64,000 nt of DNA from Dehalococcoidia bacterium (GCA_034421955.1 DAOUJZ010000075.1:7683-71682); one strand, 5' to 3'; positions 34,773 through 44,377 are shown, numbered from the stretch's first letter. Made by a program: numbers and translations. The notes: generated by a model not told the origin, from the sequence alone.

Positions 34773-36323
34773 TCACGACGCGGGGAGCTCCCAGTCGCGG
34801 AGGACGGCCATGGCGGCGTTGTGGCCGGGGGCGCCGGTGACCTCGCCGCCGGGGTGGGTGCCGCCGCCGCACAGGTAGAGGCCGTCCACGGGGGTGCCGT
34901 AGCCGGAGCGCCTGTGGTTGGGGCGCTGGGTGAGCAGTTGCTCGGAGGTCACGTCCAGGTGGCGGATGTTGCCGTCGGTCAGGTACACGCGGCGCTCGAG
35001 GTCCTGGGGCGTGAACAGCTCCCAGTCGATGATCGAGTCGCGGAAGTTGGGGGCGTAGCCGTCGATGATGTCGATCATGCGCTCGCCGGTGGCCTGCTTC
35101 TGGTCGTCCCAGCAGCCGTCGGCGAGCGTGACGGGGGCGTAGAGCGCCCAGATGGACATGACGTGCTTGCCCGGCGGCGTGAGCGAGGTGTCGTAGACGG
35201 ACGGGATCTGGATGTGCATGACGGGCGCGGTAGGCGGCAGGCCGCGGCGGGCCTCGTCCCAACTGCGCTCGAAGTACTCGACGGACGGGCAGATGCGGGT
35301 CTGAGCGAGGTAGCGGGGGTCGAAGCCGTCGCCGAGGTGGGCGGAGAAGTCGGGCACCTCGCTGAGGGCGCAGTGGAACTTGAGGTAGGAGACGTTGGTC
35401 TTGTAGCGCTTGACGCGGTCGACGAACGCGGGCTCCAGGGCGTCGCGGTCGACGAGGGAGAGGAAGGTGCGCTTGGGGTCGGCGTTGGATAGCACGACGT
35501 CCGCCTCGATGTGCTCGCCGGTGGTGAGGAGCACGCCGGTGGCGCGGCCATTGGCCACGGTGATGCGGTCGATTTCGGCGCCGGTGCGAATCTCGACGCC
35601 GCGCGACTCGGCGGCGCGGGCCATGGCCTGGGTGATGCCGCCCATGCCGCCGAGAGGGATGCCGACGTTGCGGTCGTCGTTGAACATGCCGGTCTTGATG
35701 TAGGCGACGGCCATGATGCTGCCGGGGGCGCGCACGTCGCCGGCGTCCTGGGCGTCGATGTAGGCGCCGCGGACGGTGGGGGACTGGAAGAACTCTTCCA
35801 CCAGGTCCTTCATATTGCCGGTGAGCATACGCTCGAACACCGGCTCGTCGGGGGTGCCGCGCACCGATTCGGCGACCTCGGCGAGGGTGGGCGGCTCTTC
35901 GAGGAAGTGCCGGTGCAGGATGCCGCAGGCGCGCTCCCAGAAGGCGAACCAGTCGGGGAGACGGTCGGCGTCGGCGGGTGAGATGCGGCGGACCTCGTCG
36001 GCGGTGCGGTCGTCGTCGTGCCAGCCGAGCAGGTAGTCGCCGTTGGGGAAGGGCTGGAAGCGGGACGGCTCCAGGTAGTGGACGTCGAAGCCGTGGTCTC
36101 GGAGCTCGAGGTCGTCGATCACCTTGTCCTGGAGCATGTGGCAGATGTAGGAGCAGCTCGAGACGCGGAAGCCGGGGAATAGCTCCTCGGTGATGCAGGC
36201 GCCGCCGACGAAGTCGCGCCGCTCGATGACAAGCGAGCGGATGCCGGACTGGGCGAGGTAGTTCGCGGCGACGAGGCCGTTGTGGCCGCCGCCGACTACG
36301 ATGACGGGGTAGCGGGTTGGCAT
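34773..36323 (-). CDS. phytoene desaturase (CrtI)-family FAD-dependent oxidoreductase
   Basis: VIVVGGGHNGLVAANYL dinucleotide-binding motif, 516 aa, C-terminal GGGTHPGGEVTGAPG. Confidence 0.85.
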   Translation of the reverse strand: MPTRYPVIVVGGGHNGLVAANYLAQSGIRSLVIERRDFVGGACITEELFPGFRVSSCSYICHMLQDKVIDDLELRDHGFDVHYLEPSRFQPFPNGDYLLGWHDDDRTADEVRRISPADADRLPDWFAFWERACGILHRHFLEEPPTLAEVAESVRGTPDEPVFERMLTGNMKDLVEEFFQSPTVRGAYIDAQDAGDVRAPGSIMAVAYIKTGMFNDDRNVGIPLGGMGGITQAMARAAESRGVEIRTGAEIDRITVANGRATGVLLTTGEHIEADVVLSNADPKRTFLSLVDRDALEPAFVDRVKRYKTNVSYLKFHCALSEVPDFSAHLGDGFDPRYLAQTRICPSVEYFERSWDEARRGLPPTAPVMHIQIPSVYDTSLTPPGKHVMSIWALYAPVTLADGCWDDQKQATGERMIDIIDGYAPNFRDSIIDWELFTPQDLERRVYLTDGNIRHLDVTSEQLLTQRPNHRRSGYGTPVDGLYLCGGGTHPGGEVTGAPGHNAAMAVLRDWELPAS

Positions 36324-36450
36324 GGGGGGCCTCCTGGTTGCGGGTGGCGTTCAGGTTAGCACGGGATGCGGTGGGTGACTAGGGGAAGGGACTCTTGGGA
36401 AGTGCTAGAATCATCTCCATCCAGCGTTAGGCTGAGCGGGGAGGGCGACT

Positions 36451-37668
36451 ATGAATGGCACTGAGTATGATATCGCGGTGATTGGGGGCGGGATCATCGG
36501 GCTGGCGACGGCCATGCGGCTGAGCGAGGAGTTCCCGCGCTACCGGGTGGCGGTGCTGGAGAAGGAGCGGGAGGTGGCGCTGCACCAGACGGGGCACAAC
36601 AGCGGGGTGATTCACGCTGGCATCTACTACGCGCCGGGATCGCAGAAGGCCAACTTCTGCTCGACGGGCGGGTCGCTGCTGCGGGAGTTCTGCGACGAGC
36701 GCGGCATCGAGTACGAGATGTGCGGCAAGCTGATCGTGGCGATCGACGACGACGAGGTGCCGCGGCTGGAGGAGCTGTTCCGGCGGGGCACGGAGAACGG
36801 CGCGCAGGGCTTGGAGATGGTGGGGCCGGAGCGGCTGCGGGAGATCGAGCCGCACGCGGCGGGGGTGCAGGCCATCTTCTCGCCGAACACGGGCATCATC
36901 GACTACACGAAGGTGGCGCAGGCGTACTCGGTCGAGATGCGGGAGAACGGGGCGGACCTGCTGACGAGCACGCCGGTGCGGGGGATCGACGCGCGGGACG
37001 GGACGCACTACCTGATGACGCCTCGGGGGGAGATCCGGGCGAGGCGGCTGATCAACTGCGCGGGGCTTCATGCGGACAGCGTGGCGCGGATGCTGGGCGT
37101 GGACGTGGGGGTGAGAATCATCCCGTTCAGGGGGGAGTATTTTTCGATCCGGCCGGAGCGGGCGCACCTGGTTAAGGGTCTCATCTACCCGGTGCCTGAC
37201 CCGAGTCTGCCGTTTTTGGGGGTGCACTTCACCAAGCGGATCGGGGGCAGCGTGGAGGCGGGGCCGAACGCGGTGCTGGCGCTGGCGCGGGAGGGGTACG
37301 CGAAGACGCGGTTCGACCTGGGGGACACGCTGGGGAACCTGGGCTACTCCGGTTTCTGGAAGATGTCGCTGAGGTTCTGGAAGACGGGATTCCAGGAGCA
37401 GTACCGGTCGCTGGTGAAGTCCAAGTTCGTGCGGTCGCTGCAGACGCTGGTGCCGGAGGTGCGGTCGGAGGACCTGTACGAGCCGGGCGCGGGAGTGCGG
37501 GCGCAGGCGGTGGACAGGCGGGGCGGGCTGTTGCAGGACTTCAGCATAGCGGAGACGCCGAACGCGATCCACGTGCTGAACGCGCCGTCGCCGGGGGCGA
37601 CGTCGTCGCTGAGCATCAGCCGGTACATCGTGGACCTGGCGAGCGAGTCTTTCGAGCTGGCGGCTTAG
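36451..37668 (+). CDS. L-2-hydroxyglutarate oxidase-like FAD oxidoreductase
   Basis: YDIAVIGGGIIGLATA...HQTGHNSGVIHAGIYY pattern typical of LhgO/YgaF. Confidence 0.8.
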   Translation: MNGTEYDIAVIGGGIIGLATAMRLSEEFPRYRVAVLEKEREVALHQTGHNSGVIHAGIYYAPGSQKANFCSTGGSLLREFCDERGIEYEMCGKLIVAIDDDEVPRLEELFRRGTENGAQGLEMVGPERLREIEPHAAGVQAIFSPNTGIIDYTKVAQAYSVEMRENGADLLTSTPVRGIDARDGTHYLMTPRGEIRARRLINCAGLHADSVARMLGVDVGVRIIPFRGEYFSIRPERAHLVKGLIYPVPDPSLPFLGVHFTKRIGGSVEAGPNAVLALAREGYAKTRFDLGDTLGNLGYSGFWKMSLRFWKTGFQEQYRSLVKSKFVRSLQTLVPEVRSEDLYEPGAGVRAQAVDRRGGLLQDFSIAETPNAIHVLNAPSPGATSSLSISRYIVDLASESFELAA

Positions 37669-38004
37669 GGGCGATTTCGGAAAAAGTGCACCATTTTGCA
37701 CCATTTGGTTGCATTCGTACTTGGGAGAGGTGGGCAGTTGCGTAACCCCGGCGGGGGTTCGTGCTCCAAAAAGGTAGGGTATTTGCTCGATTTGGGCGGA
37801 AATGGGACACGGCGTTTGTGGGCGCAAAGCCGATGTTGGGGGAAGGGTGTGGACTGACCTGCTCTCCCTATGAGGTTGTTAAGCTGCGCGGGCGTTGGCG
37901 TGGCCGGATGGGGCGGCTGGCGTCGATGGAGAGAGTGTAGTACGTGTGTTCGGGTGTGTCAAGGGCCTTCGTCCGCTTTCTGGCCCGAGTCGTTGGGGGT
38001 GAGA

Positions 38005-38038
38005 ATTATCCACGAAGGGCACGAAGCACACGAAGAGA
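38005..38038. repeat. CACGAAGG-type repeat element (copy 1)
   Basis: ATTATCCACGAAGGGCACGAAGCACACGAAGAGA, near-identical to 45351-45388. Confidence 0.8.
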
Positions 38039-38083
38039 GATGGAGGGGGAGCGGCCACCTATTTTGGAGTGGAGGTGTATGAG

Positions 38084-38245
38084 ATGCTTGCGGAGAGATT
38101 CAAACAGCAGCAGAGGATGAAGGGTAGGGAGGAAGGCCTGCAGGAAGGTGTGCAGAAAGGCGAGCAGGAGTTGGCCAAGCGTCTGCTGAACATGTCGGAC
38201 GCCGAAAGGAAGTCGGAGCTCGAGCGGATCGCGAATGGTGACTGA
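38084..38245 (+). other. 53-aa ORF resembling the C-terminal tail of Rpn/YhgA-like PD-(D/E)xK transposase-related proteins (possible gene remnant)
   Basis: My translation: MLAERFKQQQRMKGREEGLQEGVQKGEQELAKRLLNMSDAERKSELERIANGD. The EG-repeat plus RLL pattern is recalled from DUF4351-type tails. It is below the ORF-track size cutoff. Confidence 0.3.
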
Positions 38246-38387
38246 CCGCGCAATTGGACAGGAGCTCGACGCAAGTACCTCCCCTAATTGCTGTAACCGG
38301 GAGAATGGCGAACTAGTGGGATGCGGTACGGGTTGATGACTGCCCAACTGATTCAGAAAACCAAGGTGAAGATTCGTATTGCCCAAT

Positions 38388-38897
38388 TTACGTGCTCACG
38401 GAGTCCTGAGATCTTCTCAACTTCTTGAGCAATTCCTGGTTGAATGTCTTGTCGCTGAGCCGTCCACTCTCCAATCCTTCAAGGAGGCTTTCTCTAACTC
38501 GCTTCTTCAATATCCTGTGCTTGTCACCTCTGGAGACTATATCTGCCAGAGAAGTAACCTTGTTCGTTGTAAGGTACTGTAAGTCATAATGTAATCCGTT
38601 GATGGCTTCATCAGGGGTTTCACCATCCTTGTGTTCCATACTAAAGAGGGGTGGACTCAATTCTGAACCATCAAACACTACGTAATCAAAGACACCTAAG
38701 CTTTCTCTGGTAGCAGCCAGTGCTATGCTGATGCGCTCTGGGCTAAAGCCTTCAGCTATCTGCCAAATCGAGAGCATTCCATCGGAGGCTGGCAGATCCT
38801 TTAGCACATCGGCCTTGAGTTCGTTCGGCTCTAGCCAGGGTACGTCAGGACTTGTATCCCACCGTCTCTTAACTATGGCTCTCAGGAAGCTGGGCAT
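38388..38897 (-). CDS. hypothetical protein (169 aa), third gene of orphan cassette
   Basis: AT-richer ORF that overlaps the upstream gene by 29 nt. No motif recognised. Confidence 0.6.
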   Translation of the reverse strand: MPSFLRAIVKRRWDTSPDVPWLEPNELKADVLKDLPASDGMLSIWQIAEGFSPERISIALAATRESLGVFDYVVFDGSELSPPLFSMEHKDGETPDEAINGLHYDLQYLTTNKVTSLADIVSRGDKHRILKKRVRESLLEGLESGRLSDKTFNQELLKKLRRSQDSVST

Positions 38898-40131
38898 TTC
38901 TAGTTGCTGTGAGTTGATCTAGCACGAGTTGAAGGTCGTCCCGGAGCCTGTCAGACGTTTCGAGCCTTTTTGCGCGCTGGAGAGGGTATATCGCCAACGG
39001 ATCATCCATGGCAGCTATTCCGAGCGCGGCGCAATCACGTACTCCAATCTGCTCTGACCAAAGATGGTCAATCAGCAAAGACAATCGGCTCTGGCTAGTA
39101 GGATTGTGGTCGATGGCCCCAAGCTGGAGAAGACACTCCTCCTTAACGTCCGAGCTCATGTCCACGTGGGCCAGTACCCTCGCCAGTTCAACCATAGCAT
39201 CATTGCTGTAGGTCCTTATGAGGAAGTGTAGGGAACGGGAGAGCATTGACTCCATTCCATATTCAAACACTTCCTCCGATCCGTCTCGCAACGCTCTCTC
39301 AAGCTCTGACCGCACATGTTTTCGACTTAGAACATGCTCCTTAAGGTCCGTCCCAGGGATGTCCATGGGAGTGTGCATATTAACTGAGCGGAAGAAGTCA
39401 TCAGTTTGTCGGAGGTACCCAATTGAATCTGCCTTCGGACTAGATGATACGTTTGCTAGGAGACTAACGGCGTTGGCCAAAGCCGACTTTACTCTACCGA
39501 CACCGTGTTGCCATGCTGGTGAAGGAGAAGTGCCGCTTACCATGCCTTCAGTCGGATACCTAGTAACGTTCTCAATCCGGACTTCAACCTCTTCGGGTTC
39601 ATGCCAAAGGTTTAGGAGCCTCTGTTTCATGCGCCCGGCATGAGTTGCGCCCGGATTATGCGACGCCGCGATCAGCGGTCCAACTGGCCAACTCATTGCC
39701 TGGCTGGCCAGAAGACTGCAGTGAACTATGTCTCCATATGCTACAGCGGACATCTGGCTGACAGGTAGAGAGGGGCCGTATCGATCAGACTTAGCACTAG
39801 GCACCAACCAATTTGACGCGGCATTTAACCATTGTCCCGTAGATCCAATAGCATCAGCTTCCGTTTCTGGGGCTGACCTGGGAAAGTTAGGGCTATTTAC
39901 AGTTCCGAGAATGCAAACCACGTAGTCGCCCTTAACTACCTCATAGAGGTCCGCAGCAGCAACAGACTTGATCGAATCGCCTTCTCCATGAATTGGGAAG
40001 CGAGCGTCTTCGCCAAGCTCTATTGAAGGACTCCATATCTTGGACAGGACTGCGTCATCTATGTTAGTTGACGACTCGGTCGGAGGAAGCACTTGGTTGT
40101 CAACTGGGGCAGTACCAACTGAATTCATCAT
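38869..40131 (-). CDS. hypothetical protein (420 aa) with HEAT-like C-terminal repeats
   Basis: The C-terminus IGVRDCAALGIAAMDDPLAIYPLQRA resembles PBS-lyase HEAT-like repeats. The N-terminal 250 aa are unassigned. 4-nt ATGA overlap with the upstream gene. Confidence 0.6.
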   Translation of the reverse strand: MMNSVGTAPVDNQVLPPTESSTNIDDAVLSKIWSPSIELGEDARFPIHGEGDSIKSVAAADLYEVVKGDYVVCILGTVNSPNFPRSAPETEADAIGSTGQWLNAASNWLVPSAKSDRYGPSLPVSQMSAVAYGDIVHCSLLASQAMSWPVGPLIAASHNPGATHAGRMKQRLLNLWHEPEEVEVRIENVTRYPTEGMVSGTSPSPAWQHGVGRVKSALANAVSLLANVSSSPKADSIGYLRQTDDFFRSVNMHTPMDIPGTDLKEHVLSRKHVRSELERALRDGSEEVFEYGMESMLSRSLHFLIRTYSNDAMVELARVLAHVDMSSDVKEECLLQLGAIDHNPTSQSRLSLLIDHLWSEQIGVRDCAALGIAAMDDPLAIYPLQRAKRLETSDRLRDDLQLVLDQLTATRNAQLPESHS

Positions 40132-40904
40132 GCCACGTCGCCCTTTTGTGCAATCTCCTTCCCCAAAGTCACTAACTCGTCAAACAAAGCGGAGAGTTGC
40201 TCCTGTGGAAGACTTAGATATGTGGTTGCGACTGTATTGATGTCTAATTCTAAACTACCGGCAAACGCTTGGGTTACCGGAGCCGAAAGGACAGTCTCAA
40301 TAGCATTTTGGTCAGACTGTACAGCAAATGAGCCCGTTGCCTGAGTAGCGACTGACCACTTTGACAGTCGATTGATCCCAAGCTGTGGAACAACTGTTGA
40401 TTCTCGCCTACGATTGATCTGGTAGAAGAAGTCAAGAGACTTCTCCAAGTCTATAGTGACGTTGCTCAAGTATTCACTGAGCCTCTTATGAGCGTCTTGC
40501 ATGTCGCTGGCAGGTCGAACCAAAGTCGCCCCGAAAGCTATTCGTGCGACTTGGAGATCATTGCTGAACCATCGGGAAGCCATCTCGGAAAGCGTCTGCA
40601 GGGCGTCTTGGAATGACAGAGTTTGCCAGTCAGACGCTGTGGAGGGTGTGCCCAGATTCTGGATAGTTGGTTGGAGGAAGAAATCCACCCTCGGATGGGC
40701 TACGCGCATCAAGGCCGTGAGATCTGCAAGGCGTCCGACCTGCTGAAACAACCCCTCCCGTGGTCTGCGCTGTTCCTCGTCCGGAACCCCACCAATCACC
40801 GTGTCCCATATGGAGTTGGCATCGACCTCGGCCTCGGCACGTAAGAAGGTGGTAAGCCGTAGCCTAAGCGCTTGCCATTTTGTAGGCTTCGTCAAGTTAA
40901 CCAT
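40128..40904 (-). CDS. hypothetical protein (258 aa), first gene of orphan cassette
   Basis: Long uninterrupted ORF in the AT-richer segment. No confident family assignment. Confidence 0.6.
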   Translation of the reverse strand: MVNLTKPTKWQALRLRLTTFLRAEAEVDANSIWDTVIGGVPDEEQRRPREGLFQQVGRLADLTALMRVAHPRVDFFLQPTIQNLGTPSTASDWQTLSFQDALQTLSEMASRWFSNDLQVARIAFGATLVRPASDMQDAHKRLSEYLSNVTIDLEKSLDFFYQINRRRESTVVPQLGINRLSKWSVATQATGSFAVQSDQNAIETVLSAPVTQAFAGSLELDINTVATTYLSLPQEQLSALFDELVTLGKEIAQKGDVA

Positions 40905-41043
40905 CTGTTCTGCCTTCCGAGTGGCTGAAGATCAGAGTGTAGGCCAACTCGGGTTATCTGAGAGCGTCGCAAATACTACTATACAACAAATAGTTTCAAC
41001 AAGCTCAATTGAGAGGCGGGCTGTGCAAGAAAGTTCGTGGGCC

Positions 41044-42051
41044 TCACGAGGTAACGCCCGCCAACCTTGGCGGGCGTTTCGCATAGCTGTCCCTTATGGC
41101 CTGCGTCACATTCGACGACGAGGCGATCCTGTCACTCATCATGCGTCCGTTGCACCCTCGCCTGAGGATCCCGCAGACGTGATGGCCTTCGCGTCGCTGG
41201 GGAGGTCGAATCTCTCTACACCAGGAGCAAGCCGAGTTAGTGCAGGCGATGTCTCGGAGCAGGCGCACGAGTCGGCCCGCCTCCGGGAACTGGTAGCGCA
41301 CCCGCGGCGGCATCACCGAGTTGCTGCCGGAGACCGACAGCCACGCCAGGGCGTAGGCCAGCGGCCAGCCGCGTCGGGAGACGTCAGCCATCACCTCGCG
41401 TGTGTGCGTGGTGCAGGCGTTGCCGTCCAGACGGGAGTGAATTGCGTGTACAGCCTCCGCGTCCGACGGCCTCGGGGAGCGCCGCAGCACTTCGAATACA
41501 CCGTCGAAGCCGGCTCCGGCGTCGATACTGGTGAGCCAGTGCCAGGCGGTCAACAGATCCGGGTTCGTTTCGCGCAACTTCCTCTGCTGATTGGCGAAGA
41601 CCTCCAGGGTCAGCCTGGCGTCCAGCTCCGGGTCGTTGATTCGCCCACGCACGAGCTGGCCGTCCTGGTAGTGCTTCACGAGGTGGTGGTACGGGTTGCG
41701 CGGGTAGGCGAGTGGGTTGAGCATGAGGGTGTCCACGGCTGGCAACCGCAGAAGCCGCAGGTTGGGATTCGCCGCCCGCAGGTGGGGAAGATCGAACGCG
41801 ATGAGGTTGTGGCCGAGCAGGAATTGGGCGCCTTCTGCGAGGCCATCCAATTTGTCGAGCGCCGCATCGAAACTGCGGCGTCCCGCTGGAAATGTCACGC
41901 GCTCGCCGGTGTCAGGGCGTACGCCTGCGAAGGCCCGGATCCTCTTATCCTCGACGGTTACTTCGAGGTCGAGCGAGAGGCACCGGCGCAAGAGGCGTTC
42001 GCTATCGCCTGCCTGTGGCGCTCGATTCTTCGGGGACGAGGTGTTGACCAT
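41044..42051 (-). pseudogene. DEDD (DnaQ-like) 3'-5' exonuclease domain, apparent 5' fragment of a larger exonuclease-helicase gene
   Basis: LSLDLEV...LLGHNLIAFDLPHL exonuclease motifs, then a Cys cluster CTNSACSWC. After that the sequence becomes Arg/Gly-rich nonsense and ends at the compositional boundary. Confidence 0.55.
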
Positions 42052-42132
42052 GCGTGTGCCTTCGATGATACGTCGTGCGTTTGGGTCGCTTCACTTCTAC
42101 CCAGCCATCATCCTTGATGAGGCGAGCGGGTT

Positions 42133-42178
42133 CAACCCTAACCCTCTCCCATCATTGGGAGAGGGGACCATTCGGAAG
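42133..42178. repeat. family-A hairpin element
   Basis: CAACCCTAACCCTCTCCCATCATTGGGAGAGGGGACCATTCGGAAG. Confidence 0.8.
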
Positions 42179-42182
42179 CCCC

Positions 42183-43331
42183 CTACGGGATGTCGGGGGG
42201 GCGCTCGGCCAGGTGGACTTCGGCGACGGCGAAGATGCCCTCGCTGAAGTACTCGAGCTCGACTACGTCGTCTACGTCGTAGGTCCAGAGGCGGGTGAGG
42301 AACTTGGCCATGTCGGGCGTGGGGATGCCGTCCATCTTGATCACCACGTCGCCGACCCGGAGGCCGGCCCTGGCGGCGGGGCCGTCGCGGGCCATGCGGG
42401 TGACGATGATGCCCTCGTCCACGGGCAGGCCGAGGCGGTTGGCGTTCGCGGGGGTGACGTCGGTGCCGCTGAGTCCTATCAACGGGCGAACGACGCGGCC
42501 GTGCTCGATGAGGCTGTCGATGATGGGGGCGGCCACGGACGAGCTTACGGCGAATCCTATGCCCTGGGCCTGGCGGTAGATTGCGGTGCTGATGCCGATG
42601 ACCTCGCCGTTCATGTTCACCACCGGGCCGCCGCTGTTGCCGTCGTTGATGGCGGCGTCGGTCTGGATCATGTCGTAGAGGACGCCGTGCTGGGTGTCGA
42701 TGGTGCGTCCCTTGGCGCTGATTATGCCGAGGGTGACGGTGGGGCCGCCCTTGAGCGCGAGCGAGTTGCCCACGGCGACCACCCAGTCGCCGACGTTCAC
42801 GGTGTCGGAGCTGACGAGCTCGGCGGTGGGCAGAGGGTCGTCGGTGTCCACCTTGATGACGGCGAGGTCCGTGATCAGGTCCTGTCCCACCACTTTGGCG
42901 GTGTAGTTCGCGCCGCTGGGCAGCGAAACGGCGATCTCGTCAGCGTTCTGCACGACGTGGTAGTTGGTCACGATGTAGCCGTCGTCTCGTATCACGACGC
43001 CGGAGCCGGCGCCCTCGTCGTTGAAGTCGAAGAACACGCCGCGGGTCACGGACTCCACGGCGATGGACGCGACGGAGGGGTTGACCTGCTCGACGAGGCT
43101 GGAGATGGAGGGGAGGGTGGTGAGCGCGGCGGGCGGCGGAAGCGTCGCGGCGACGGGAGCGGCCGGCAGTGGAGCCGTGGTGGCGGTGGGGACGGGGACG
43201 AGAGCCTCGTCGGGGATAGGCTCGGACTGCTGGGAGCATGCGGCGGCAAACACCAGCACGCCCGCGGCAAAAGCCAGGCGCGCTACACTTCTAACCGGTG
43301 TCCGGCGCCGCCATAACCCTGAGTCGAACAC
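42183..43331 (-). CDS. HtrA/DegP-type serine protease with PDZ domain (lipoprotein-like signal)
   Basis: VTNYHVV, GNSGGPVVN and a C-terminal PDZ domain. N-terminal LVFAAACSQ lipobox. Confidence 0.9.
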   Translation of the reverse strand: MFDSGLWRRRTPVRSVARLAFAAGVLVFAAACSQQSEPIPDEALVPVPTATTAPLPAAPVAATLPPPAALTTLPSISSLVEQVNPSVASIAVESVTRGVFFDFNDEGAGSGVVIRDDGYIVTNYHVVQNADEIAVSLPSGANYTAKVVGQDLITDLAVIKVDTDDPLPTAELVSSDTVNVGDWVVAVGNSLALKGGPTVTLGIISAKGRTIDTQHGVLYDMIQTDAAINDGNSGGPVVNMNGEVIGISTAIYRQAQGIGFAVSSSVAAPIIDSLIEHGRVVRPLIGLSGTDVTPANANRLGLPVDEGIIVTRMARDGPAARAGLRVGDVVIKMDGIPTPDMAKFLTRLWTYDVDDVVELEYFSEGIFAVAEVHLAERPPDIP

Positions 43332-44205
43332 GCAACAGCCCCGCCCACAAAAGCCTAACGCCCTGCACTCCCGACGACCGTTGAACGTAGGTCGTATAGC
43401 GGGACGTAACCAGGGCGCCCATTAGCAAAATGATAGCCGATACGTACACCCAGGTCAACAGAGCCATGATGGCGCCGACGGAGCCGTAGACGACGTTGTG
43501 GATGGGGAATCGCGTTACGTACCAGACGAAGATGAAGTTGGCGATGGCGAAGGCGATGGATGCGGCGAGAGCGCCGTACCAGACGTCGGCGAAACGGACG
43601 TCGGTGTTGGGCAGGTAGCGGTAGAGCACGAGGAACGTGAGGAAGTAGAGCAGCGGGGTGATGAGCTGCCCAATCAGGCCCAGGAAGTCGTGGGCGTACC
43701 AGGCGCCCGGCGCGAGGTAGATGGCGATGTCGCTGACGTAGGCCGAAAACAGGGGCGCCACGAACAGCACGAATATGACGATAAGGCCGCTGAACAGCAC
43801 CAGTGCGAGGTCGATGAGGCGCTCCTCGATGAACGGGCGCGCCCTGGTTATGCCCCAGGCGGCGTTGATGCCCTTGCGTATGGCTCCGAACACGGCGGTG
43901 GACGCGGCGACGAGGCCGATGACGCTGATTATGCCGGTGATCGCGCGCGCCCTGGCGACGCCCTGGAGGGTGTCGCCGATGAACTCCTGGGAGACTGGCA
44001 GCACCGCGGCGATGTCGTGGGCGAGCCTGTGCTCGACCGGGTCGGGGCTGATGAGGTAGCCCACTATGGACACCAGGGCGAGGGTGAGGGGGAATATGGA
44101 GAACAGGGTGTAGAACGCGATGGCTCCGGCCACGAACGGGCAGTTCTTGGCCAGGAAGTCGTTTACGGTGTCCCTGCAAAAGAGTATGAACCGGACAGCG
44201 AACAA
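43291..44205 (-). CDS. YihY/BrkB family membrane protein
   Basis: AGAIAFYTLFSIFPL motif, six TM segments. Confidence 0.85.
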   Translation of the reverse strand: MFAVRFILFCRDTVNDFLAKNCPFVAGAIAFYTLFSIFPLTLALVSIVGYLISPDPVEHRLAHDIAAVLPVSQEFIGDTLQGVARARAITGIISVIGLVAASTAVFGAIRKGINAAWGITRARPFIEERLIDLALVLFSGLIVIFVLFVAPLFSAYVSDIAIYLAPGAWYAHDFLGLIGQLITPLLYFLTFLVLYRYLPNTDVRFADVWYGALAASIAFAIANFIFVWYVTRFPIHNVVYGSVGAIMALLTWVYVSAIILLMGALVTSRYTTYVQRSSGVQGVRLLWAGLLRVRLRVMAAPDTG

Positions 44206-44277
44206 GCCTGCTCTCCCGAGATGATGCGTAAGTTGATACTACGCAAAGGGGGTAGCGGGTGTCAACGAAGGGGCTTT

Positions 44278-44377
44278 CACCCCCATCCTAACCTTCCCCC
44301 TGCGAGGGGGAAGGGACTCTTCGACACACCCTCACCCTGACCCTCTCCCATCGAGGGAGAGGGGACTATTCGGAAGG
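44278..44377. repeat. two tandem family-A hairpin elements
   Basis: 44278-44323 has stem CTTCCCCC/GGGGGAAG. 44325-44377 has stem CCCTCTCCC/GGGAGAGGG. Both have CACCC..CCTRACC left arms and GGGACT..TTCG right arms. Confidence 0.85.

Noticed and set aside
37730-37780. Possible tRNA fragment or att site (GGGGGTTCGTGCTCC resembles a T-arm)
   Set aside because: No complementary T-stem, acceptor stem or anticodon arm can be drawn. Only a 4-bp CCCC/GGGG hairpin is present.
40801-42117. 438-aa plus-strand ORF across the exonuclease fragment
   Set aside because: It lies opposite the frame that carries clear DEDD exonuclease motifs and shows no recognisable features of its own.
44278-44377. Possible CRISPR array suggested by recurring palindromic repeats
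   Set aside because: The copies are not regularly spaced, are not separated by unique spacers of constant length, and are dispersed over 55 kb at gene ends. No cas genes are present.
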